Source of the DNA: the human T2T-CHM13v2.0 reference genome, Homo sapiens
Strand: one strand, 5' to 3'
Assembly (NCBI RefSeq): GCF_009914755.1
Contig: NC_060929.1
Length of the DNA: 64,000 nt
Shown: positions 42,847 to 52,893 of the stretch, one piece after another
How positions within the stretch are numbered: the first letter of the stretch is position 1
Layout of the letters: every line of letters starts with the position of its first letter
The notes under the pieces: model-generated
Databases searched by the model: none
Told to the model about the DNA's origin: nothing
Seen by the model: the letters and a program-made list of their open reading frames with translations, nothing else
Program-made: the position numbers and the translations under genes

Positions 42847-45076
42847 GGGCTGGGAGGATAAGATGGCTGATTACATGCAACCATCTCATGCAGCGGGGTC
42901 GTAGCCTAGCTACCAGCCATTACACTAAAGTATCATCTACTAGGTCGTATCCCAAACTACAACACCAAAAATTATCTTGCTAATATGCACACCTGTGAAA
43001 CTACGCACAAGAATTCACTGGCACATAAAGATCTTGTACAGAGCACTAGCCCTCTGAAAGTATCCAGAAACATAGCCAACTAACTATACTCAACATACAC
43101 CACAGGTAAAGAAACACCAATTCTTCCAGATGAGGAAGAATCAGCAGAATAATTCTGGAAATTGAAGTGAGAGTGTCTGCTTATCTCTAAACATGTCCAC
43201 TAGATCCCCAGCAATGGAACTTAACTAGTTTGACATAATTAAAATGATAGACACCAAATTCAAAATCTGGATGCTAAGGAAACTCATCGAGATTCAGGAA
43301 AACATTCAAACCCCATCCAAGGGATCCAAAGAATCCAGTAAAATGATCCAAGAGCTGAATGATGTAATAACCATTTTTTTGAAAAGAACCATACTGAACT
43401 TTTCACTGCAAGAATTTAATAACATAATCAGAAGAATTAACAGTAGAATTGACCAAACCAAGGAAAGACTCTCAGAGCTTGAAGACTGGTTTTTGGAATT
43501 AACTCAGTCAGACAACAATTTTTAAAGGATGTAAAAAGTTAAACAAAATCTCCAAGCAATATGGGATTATACAAAGAGAACAAATCTATGACCCATTGGC
43601 ATTCCTGAGAGTGAAGGGGAGAGAATAAGCAGCTTGAATATATATTTGAAGATATAGTCCACAAAAATCTCTCTAATTTCCCTAGAGGTTGACATGTAAA
43701 TCCAACAAATACAGAGAAGCTCAGCTAGATACTACACAGGATGAAAATTCCCAGGGCACATAGTCATCAGATTCACCAAGTTCATCACAAAAGAAAAAGT
43801 TCTTAAAGGAAGCTAGAGAGAAGGGTCAAATCATGTACAAAGTCATGTACAAAAACCCATGAGGCTAGTAGTAGACATTTCACCAAAAACTTTATAAGCC
43901 AGAAGAGACTGACACCTATTTTTAGCATTAGTTTTTTGTTTTTTGTTTTTCTGAGATGGAGTTTAGCTCTGTCGCCCAGGCTAGAGTGCAGTGGTGCGAT
44001 CTTGGCTCACTGCAACCTCTGCTTCTCAGGTTCAAGTGATTCTTCTGCCTCAGCCTCCTGAGCAGCTGGGATTACAGGCACGTGCCACCACACCTAGCTA
44101 ATTTTTGTATTTTGAGTAGAGACAGGGTTTCACACATTGGCCAGGCTGGTCTTGAACTCCTGACCTCAGGTGATCAGCCTGCCTCATCCTCCTAAAGTTG
44201 GGATTACAGGCATGAGCCACTGCACCCAGCCTATTTCCAGCATTCTTAAAGAAAAGAAAATACAACCAAGAATTTTATTTCCCACCAAACTAACTTCATA
44301 GGTGCAGAAGAAATAAAACCTTTGTTAGATAAGCAATTGCTAAGGGAATTTATTTCAACTAGAACAGCCTTACAAGAGGTCCTTAAGGGAGTACTAAGCA
44401 TGGAACTAAAAGAATGACACTGGCTACCACACTCGCGACAGATCCTGGAAAGGCTGTAAAGAAAAGAGAACTCTTATTCGTGTTGGTTAGAATGTAAATT
44501 ATGTTCAGCCACAGTGGCAAGAAGTTTGGAGAGTTCTCAACGAACTTAAAACAGCTACCATTCAATCCAGCAATTGCACTACTGTGTATATACCCAAAGG
44601 AAAATAGATCTTTATACCAAAAGACACATGCACTTGTATGTTCATTGCAACACTAGGCACAATGGCAAAGACATGGAATCAGCCTAGGTGCCCATTAATG
44701 AAAGATCGGATAAAAAAAAATGTGGTACATATACACCATGGAATACTATGCAGCCATAAAAAAGGAATAAAATCACGTCTTCTGCAGCAATGCGAATGGA
44801 ACTGAAGGTCATAATCTTAAGCAAATTAAATCAGGAACAACAACAACAACAAAAAACAAATACCACATGTTCTCGCTTATAAATGAGAGCTAAAATTGAG
44901 CACACATGGACATAAATAAGGGAACAAAAGACATGGAAGACCACTGGAAGAGGGAGGGAAGGAGAGGGAGGATGGGTTGAAAAACCACTGGGTACAATAT
45001 CACTACCTGGGTACAATATACCCATATAACAAACTTGCACATGTACCCCCATATATAAACAAAAGTTGAGTTTCTT
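42847..45076 (+). mobile_element. L1PA16/17-L1PB-age element with both termini, internally deleted (short 5'UTR, ORF1, last part of ORF2, 3'UTR)
   Basis: 5' terminus 'gggctgggaggataagatggctga' (YY1 motif); ORF1 ATG at 43130; jump at ~44430 from ORF1 end to ORF2 C-terminus; TSD aaagaataatttta / aaagagtgatttta. Confidence 0.85.
43930..44231 (-). mobile_element. AluSx nested in L1 ORF1
   Basis: Full antisense dimer; TSD tattt(tt/cc)agcatt. Confidence 0.93.
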
Positions 45077-46287
45077 AAAGAGTGATTTTAAAACACAGAA
45101 GATGCTAAATTTCTAAATAATTCAGTGTAATTCTAGATGATCCTTAAGAGAAATTATGACAACAATTTTGACATTTCTATAATATTTTAACAGAAATTTA
45201 TTACAGAAATATTTTAGCAGAAATTTATAAATTAATAATTTATAAGAGAAAGTATAAGTTTTACCTTTTAAATCACTTCAGGAATGTTTGGTGTGTGTTC
45301 TTCTTACATATTGCTGTGGTTGAGTCCTGCATAAAAATAAAACAAAAATATAAAACATATTCAACACATAAAAATCTATGCATAATTAAAACATATTTAT
45401 TATGTCATACATTAAACAGAGCTGAGTTTGGAGAGCAAATACATTTTTGAAGAGATAAATTTTTGAGAAGTTTGAACTGCGAGTTTTTTTTTTCCTTTTT
45501 AGGGCATGACATTTTGAAACTATGTCCAGTTAGAATTTTAGCTCCGTCACGTGTTAGCCATGTAGATATGGGCAATTTAGTCTTGTTCTTTGACCTTGGT
45601 ATGTCACGACATAAAGAAGTTTTAACTTCAGTGTTACAATTTATTTAAACACTTAGTATTATGCCTTAAACATGGTCAAAATTTAAATATAAACTATTTT
45701 AGTGATTTTATATAATATTAAATGTTTATAAGTTATTTTAATAACTTTAATGTTTTATGATTTTAATAACTACTGCACTTTCAAACAAAGAGAATATGAA
45801 AGATCAGAATAGAAATCCAAGAAACAAGGTTCAGTATAACCTAAAGTATAATATGATTAACAAGGGAGTATTATAAATCAATAAAAAATATATATTGTTC
45901 TAGAATTGTGACTATTAGATATTTCAATAAATTAAAATTTGAATATAATCCCTAATGTATACATTACGTGCATTATACCAAATAATATATATGTTGTATG
46001 TATACACAACATAATGCTCATTGGATCGAAGTGTTAACATTGGAAAGTCAATATTAAAAGAAGAAAACTAAGAGGTAAAAATGTGTTCTCAGAAGATAAT
46101 AATCCCTTTCAGAACCCAAAAGCAGGAGCATAAGAATTATGCTTATTCTCTGACCTTCTTAGCCCAAATCAGCTTACTATGTCCTTAGTTGACAATGTGA
46201 TTTGATATACGATTTCTATTTCCTAAAACTGATAAAAATTACACTTACAGAGGTCAAACAGATGCCTCAAATACTTTAGGAGTATGT

Positions 46288-46750
46288 CAGTCATTCAGCA
46301 ATTATTTATTGAGTATCTACTATGTGCCAAACATTATTATTTATACTAGGAATAAAACACATAACAAAAGAGACAAAAGACACTGCCCTCATGGTACTTT
46401 TATTTTGGGAATGCTGGGAGGGGTGGACGAGAGAAAAGTATACATCCAAATAGGCAAATACATATTGTATATCAGGTTATCCTAAGTGCTATAAAGACAG
46501 AAGAAGATGTGTCAATGTTCATCAAAGTAGAAATGTCTGATACCAGATAGATGACTGGTATCTAAGAGAAAAAAATCTGGAGTTGAAGAGAGTCTGAAGT
46601 GTCTGGAAGGGGTTAGCTAGGAATGAAATTTAAGGACTGAGTCCTTTAAAGTCAGGGAAATGAGAAATAGCAATCACTAGGATGAGAAAAGTAGGAAATG
46701 GGCTGTGATGTTCTGGAAGTACTAAGAGAAAAACGAGATTTGTAGTAGCT
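46288..46750 (-). mobile_element. L2 (L2a-like) 3' region
   Basis: 'cattcagcaattatttattgagtatctactatgtgcca...ctgccctcatgg' is the antisense L2 3' end. Confidence 0.75.
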
Positions 46751-46756
46751 TGGTGG

Positions 46757-46797
<41 letters not shown>

Positions 46798-46853
46798 GTC
46801 TAATCTATCTATATCTATCTATCTATCTATCTATCATCATCATCCTCTATCTA
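46757..46853. repeat. Compound (TATC)n tetranucleotide STR
   Basis: (TATC)10 TGTC followed by further interrupted TATC and (ATC)n units. Confidence 0.95.
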
Positions 46854-49175
46854 CTTATCAGGGCAAAACTTTCAGATTCTATTAGAACACATAGTACTCA
46901 TAAGCTTCAGGGTTACTAGAACACCTCCATGGACCTTTTCCAAAATGACCTTCTTAAAACTAAGAGGTAAATAATATCTGATGTAACTGATTTCCAAGTT
47001 TAATTCCAGGAACTAGTGATGATACAGTGTTCAGGTGGGCTGTCATTAGGAACTGGTGTTAATCATAACTAATGCAGAATATGTATACTGCAACCCATGC
47101 TTACATGATTTGGGGTGAGAAGCAGCAAAGATTTCCAATAAATAATTTTAAAAATTGAGTTATTAGAATATTCTACTCTATGGAAAATCATGTGTAAGCA
47201 TGTGGGGACCTATTTATACATAGCTCACATTTTCTGCTAAGGTTAATATAGGCTCTTTGGAAATAAGGCAAAAAGCATATGGCTGATCATTTTATCTTGG
47301 CTCTATTGCTATCACAGGATAAGCAGCACCCTGTGCAGTTCATAGAGCCCAATGCACAGCTCTGACTCTAAGTGTGATACAGTCTCCATATATAACTGCT
47401 TAATATCTGACAAAAGAAAATTAAGTTGTAATAGTCCTTAGCATATTGACAAAAATTCTGTCAATTAGGAAATGTCACCAATAAACAATTCAATTTCCTG
47501 CATTGTACACATTTATTTAAATGCGATGAAACAATCCATTCAAATACTTTTGAAAAAGAATTTATAATATTTACTTCTACTAAGAAACATATTTCACTTC
47601 ACTCGAAATCACACTATCTTGTCTCCTTTATCAATCTGTGTGTGCCTAATGTTTTAAAATGCAACAATTATTTTACAGAAAATTTCAGCAGTATTCATTT
47701 TCATGTCTGAGCTCTTGAAATGATAATAAAGTACACTCTTAACTGGAGAAGGAATGTGTTAAAATATACACGTAGTTGTACAAAATGTATTCTCATTTAT
47801 TATATAGGTCAGTACTTCAAAATTTTCTATGTTATTTTGCAGAGCTCTTCATTTCAATTCATTCTCCAATTTATAGGTTTATAATATAATCACAATAACT
47901 AAAGTCTCTACAGGTTGTCCATAAATAACAACAGCAAAACCTAATATTATGTGGCAGCATAATAACATAATATTAGAATCTTTTGTTGTAAGTTTCTAAT
48001 TGCGTTTTTATAGAACCAGGCCAAATAAAAATAAGAATTCAAGTTTTTATTTTTAAAAATCAGAAGCTCTCTGTAAGAGTGTCAATAAGAAAAAAAATAT
48101 GTAGAAAATGTCTGTTGAAGTAAGCTTTTCTCCTGAAGTCATGTCCTCCTCCAAGGAAAACTCATATCCAGTAACTATTTCTTCATCCAATATTTACTCA
48201 TGTAATTTGCTAACCATCTTTACTATACTTGGTTTCATTCAGCATTCCAATAACTGAATTTAAACAGCAGAAAGGGCAATCTCCATGTGAAAAGTTGTGT
48301 TTGTAATGTTAAACTGCACATAAATTTGGATATTTTAATGCTGTTTAACCTTAAATAAGTATTTCTAACATGATATTGGATCAGCAACAAGCCACCTATT
48401 AATTCATGAACAAATTAACTATCACATATGTGGTTATAATGACTTCTAATTTTTATTTATTTGTATTTAATTTTAATTATTTTTCAATTCAATGCCCAAT
48501 TCTTACAACATGGATGGTTTTGATTATCATTACTTTCATACTTATATGTTCAGTATCATTAAATCAGAAACCGAGAGTCCTAAAATACCCTAATACTACA
48601 GGAATGGTGAAGAGGTGGCAATTGCTTGGTTTTGCATCCAAAGAACTCAGAGAAAGCTGGTATGAGTAATCAAAAAGTGAACTCCAGGTGTATTGACCCT
48701 GAGATTCATATGAGGTCAAACCTTAGTTAAAACCTTGATTTTTGCTAGTGAAGCCCCTGAGCAGAGAACCTAGGTAAGCCGTGTCCAAACTCCTGACCCA
48801 AGGAAACCTTGAGATACTTTATCACCCACAACAGAAAACAAATACAGTGTTTGGGACTTGAAAATGGTGTGCTGCTGCAACAAACGCCTAAAAATAGTGT
48901 GACTGGCTTTGAAACCAGAAAGTCAGTAGAAGCTGGAAGGATTTGAAGAAGCACAAGAGTGAAAGTCTAAATCCCCCTCAACCAATTGTTAGAAAACTGG
49001 ATTTTGAAGATGCTCAGGCCCTCAGCCCTCTGAGGGAGGGCTCAGAGGAAAGTGAGGAATGTTACTGAAAACTAGAAGAGAGATGGCACTGTGCTATGCA
49101 GTAAAAGAATATTAGCAAAACCATGTACTGTCGTTATGCACCAATCAGAGCTTTTAAATGATGAAATTGGATATA

Positions 49176-49608
49176 TAGCTGATCTTTGAACAACATAGGT
49201 TTGAACTACATGGTTCCATTTTTATGTGGACTTTCTCCCACCTCCGCCACCCCTGAGGCCCCAAGACCAACTCTTCCTTTTCCTCCTCCTACTCAGACTA
49301 CTTAATGTGAAGAAAATAAGGATGAAGGCCTTTATGACGATCTACTTCCACTTCATGAATAGTAGATTTATTTTCTCTTTCTTATGACTTTCTTATTTAC
49401 ATTTTTCTCTAGATTACTTTAGAATACAGTATTTAATACATAGAACATACAAAATATGTGTTAACTGACTGTATATGTTATCTGTAAGGCTGCTGGTCAA
49501 CAGTAACCCATTAGCAGTTAAGTTTTGAGAAGTCAAAAGCCATTTGTGGATGTTCAGCTGCACAGAGGATTAGTCCCCCTAGCCCCTGTGTTGTTCAAGA
49601 GTCAACTG
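49176..49608 (+). mobile_element. Tigger2a (MER28), complete non-autonomous DNA transposon
   Basis: TIRs tagctgatctttgaacaaca / tgttgttcaagagtcaactg, TA target duplication, ~433 bp. Confidence 0.9.
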
Positions 49609-49956
49609 TATAGCTAAATGCCACAGATGCTGCCTGGATTCTTCTTGTAGTTTATAGTAAAATGTGAGAGAAGAGAGATAGGTTGAGGAAAGGGTAGACA
49701 TGAATAGAAGTAGATGATTTTTAAAATAATTGGCCTTTCCAAGTGGCAAGAGATGCCTACCAAAAATGGCTGCTGAAAGTATGTCTTACAAACAAAAAAA
49801 AAATGGAGGTGCGACTGCACAACCTTTAGTTAAAATCTTAGAAAGTTCAAAACGTCAAGAAGACTTAATTCACACTAAGTTCCTTTCCATAAATTAAAGG
49901 TATGCCTTACAGATTTTCTCAACCAAGAGCCATAGCCTTTAGATAAGCCGTAAAAT

Positions 49957-50045
49957 CCAATCAAGAAAATCCAACATTTCAGAAGTGTAAGGTACTAGTT
50001 ATTGCTGTCCCCAACACTTCTGAAATGCTGGATTTTCTTGATTGG
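49957..50045. repeat. Inverted repeat, 32-bp arms (31/32), 25-nt spacer
   Basis: ccaatcaagaaaatccaacatttcagaagtgt versus acacttctgaaatgctggattttcttgattgg. Confidence 0.95.
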
Positions 50046-51227
50046 GTGTTAGGGACTAGTTATTGCTGCTCATCTTCCATTTTCCTATTTTTGAAACAAT
50101 GTTGATAAATGTTGTCCTATCCTTGTCCCACCATTATAAATTGGGAGAGTTGGGGGGCAATAACTTGTCTCTTAAGTTGTGCAACTTCACAGTAGAGAAT
50201 TGTGCTCCAGGGGCTCTACTTACGGAATTACACTGAGGCCTCTTATATATGCTTGGATTTGATTTATAAGTTATACTGACTTGATGATATTTTGATGAGA
50301 TTCTGGATTTTGAGCTGATGGTGTAATGGGATGAGAATCTGAGGAACCCTGAAAGGGGGTGGACATATTTTGCATTTCAGAAAGACTTAAACAGTTCTGT
50401 ATTAGAGAGTGGTAGATTCCCACCTCCTATTGTACAGGTACTGTGTAATCATTTTACCTTGAGTGTGGGTAGGATCTAAGAATATGATGGGATAGTCAGC
50501 CTGTTAGTATGATGGTACATTATGTTATGTTACATTATAAGACTCCACCATAGCAGGCTGATTCTCCTGCTGACTTGGCAGAAGTAAGATACTATTTTGG
50601 TTAGGTCCTAAGGGCTACTTCTGGAAGCTGAAACTGACATCTGGCTAATAGCCAGCAGAAGATGGGAAAACTAGTTCTACAACTGCAAGGAACCAAATTC
50701 TTCCAATGAATTAAATAAGCTTGGAGAAGACCTTGAGCCTCAGGTGGGATCATAGTCCTGACCAATACATGGTTTAGCCTTGTGATAGCCAGGTAACTCA
50801 GGCCTACAGGCCTGATTTACAAAAACTATGAAATAATTGGATGCTGTTTTAACCCAGTACCTTTGTGATAATTTGTCATGTGGCAATAGACCAATAATTC
50901 ATCAACCTTCATAATAACATTAGGAATCCATAAATTCCTAATTTAACATTTTGCTTAGTTAAATATAAATGCATTGTTTCAGTAGTCCCCAAAGAGTCTT
51001 TCATTCCATATTATCATTTTGAGAATGTTAGCAATTGTGAACACTTTAAAAAATATTATGTCATATATTCTTAAATTGTACTTAACAAAAACCTGGAAAA
51101 TAAATTTTTAGAAAAAACAAAATAAGGAGTTTGAAAAATAGAGCACTTACAAATTATAAATAAGATTATTTATGAAATGCTTTTATAGCCTATTTGTATG
51201 AGTAATTATTTATCCTTTATTTAAATA

Positions 51228-51932
51228 CTTGAAATGTAGAAATTAACAATAAGTGTTTTGTAAATAAGAATTGCTAGAGGTCGGGCGTGGTGGCTCACGC
51301 CTCTAATCCCAGCACTTTGGGAGGCTGAGGCGGGCAGATCACGAGGTCAGGAGATCAGTACCATCCTGGCTAACACGGTGAAACCCCATCTCTACTAAAA
51401 ATACAAAAAAATTAGCCAGGCGTGGTGGCGGGTGCCTGTAGTCCCAGCTACTTGGGAGGAGAATGGCGTGAACCCGGGAGGCAGAGTTTGCAGTGAGCTG
51501 AGATGGAGCCACTGCATTCCAGCCTGGGCGACAGAGCGAGACTCCGTTTAAAAAAAAAAAATGATAGAGAAAAATAGTTATATTCTGTGTGGTGTGGTTT
51601 TGTACTTTCAACCTAAAATGATAATTCAGATTGTACTGACTGAATAGCATTGGAAAATCATCAGCAATACAACTCCACTATGTAATATAATTAGAATGCA
51701 ATGAATAAATAATCCATCGCTCCTTGGAATGTAGAAATTAACAATAACTGCTTTGTAAATAAGGATTGCCAGAGAAAAATAGTTACATTCTGTGTGGTGT
51801 GGCTTTGTACTTTCAACCTAAAAATGATAATTCAGATTGTATTGACTGAATAGCATTGGAATGTCATCAGCAATACAACTCCACTATATAATATAATTAG
51901 GATGCAATAAATAAATAATACTTTGTTCCTTG
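51228..51932. repeat. Tandem duplication of a ~206-bp unit; first copy interrupted by AluY
   Basis: 'cttg(a/g)aatgtagaaattaacaataa...ttctgtgtggtgtgg...tcatcagcaatacaactccactat' occurs twice. Confidence 0.95.
51279..51561 (+). mobile_element. AluY with 10-bp internal deletion
   Basis: 'accatcctggctaacacgg' and 'gaatggcgtgaacc'; deletion at gggag|gagaa; degenerate TSD aagaattgctaga / aaaaatgataga. Confidence 0.93.
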
Positions 51933-52524
51933 ATACAAGGTGCTGCTTGTTAGTGTAGGGGTCATTTGTAAGCCAATTTTGTTATAACACTTAAACAGCA
52001 TTGTTGTTAAATTGTGATAAATGGGAAACCATAAATTGGGAGAGAATTTTAATGGTCATTATCTTCATTAGCTAATGAGATGTGCTAATTATGTTTGTAA
52101 GTGACAATAATTTAGTAGCCCTGGCTTAAAGGGCTCACGGAGCAATAACTAGGTCAGTCCTCTTCAATATGTTTTCACAATGTTGGAAGGGACTTGATAA
52201 TGAGAACCTAAACTTGATAGTAATGTTTTCTATAAAATTATTCATTAAAATGTCTCCTTAAATTATGTCAGGTTTTATGTTGTTCTTCCATAATACATAT
52301 GCATAAATTCTAAGGTACTGAGAGTGTGGGATCAAAAATTAAATTAAGGTAGTGGTATTTGAAATGTGGCACCTAGCCCCATGGGGATCCCTGAGAGACT
52401 GTCAGGGGTGTTCGAGGCTGAAACTATTTTTGTAATAATCAAATGATGTATTTTCTGTTTTCACTGTGTTGACAGTGACAGTGATGCTAAAAAGAAATGC
52501 TGGTGGGTAAAAATACCAATGCCT

Positions 52525-52640
52525 TTGATTTAGCCATTCAGTAATGTCTACATATATCAGTTATCATGTTGTACGCTAGAAATATATACAATCGTATTTG
52601 TAAATTAAAAATCGATCAGTTAAGTAATTAATTGATTTGA
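52525..52640 (+). mobile_element. Short L1MA 3' end nested in Charlie1
   Basis: 'tgatttagccattc...atcatgttgtac...aaatatatacaat'; degenerate TSD aaataccaatgcct / aaacactggtgcct. Confidence 0.7.
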
Positions 52641-52725
52641 GAAACACTGGTGCCTTTGCATACATCAAGGAAGTGGCTCTAAACCATATTAAGACTCATT
52701 ATATTCTTCAACACTTAACACAAGC

Positions 52726-52893
52726 AGGAAAGAAAGAAGGGAGGAAGAAGAGAGAAAGAGAAAAAGAAAAGAAGGAAGAATGGGGGAAAGAAGGGAAGGG
52801 AAGGGAAGGGAGGGAAGGGGAGGGGAGGGAGGGGAGGGAAGGGGAAGAAGGGACAGGGATGGGGGGACAGAGGGATGAAGAGAGGGAAAAAGA
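52726..52893. repeat. Polypurine (GA-rich, GGGAA/GGGA) tract
   Basis: ~165 nt almost purely A/G with many G3-G4 runs. Confidence 0.9.

Larger units (their letters stand above)
48725..50901 (+). mobile_element. MLT1E/F-type MaLR provirus remnant: end of 5' LTR (to ~48846), internal region, 3' LTR (~50410-50901)
   Basis: LTR end 'ctgagcagagaacctagg...acagaaaacaaataca'; MLT1-int motifs; second LTR 'cttgagtgtgggtagga...ctacaactgcaaggaaccaaattc...gataatttgtcatgtggcaataga'. Confidence 0.75.
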
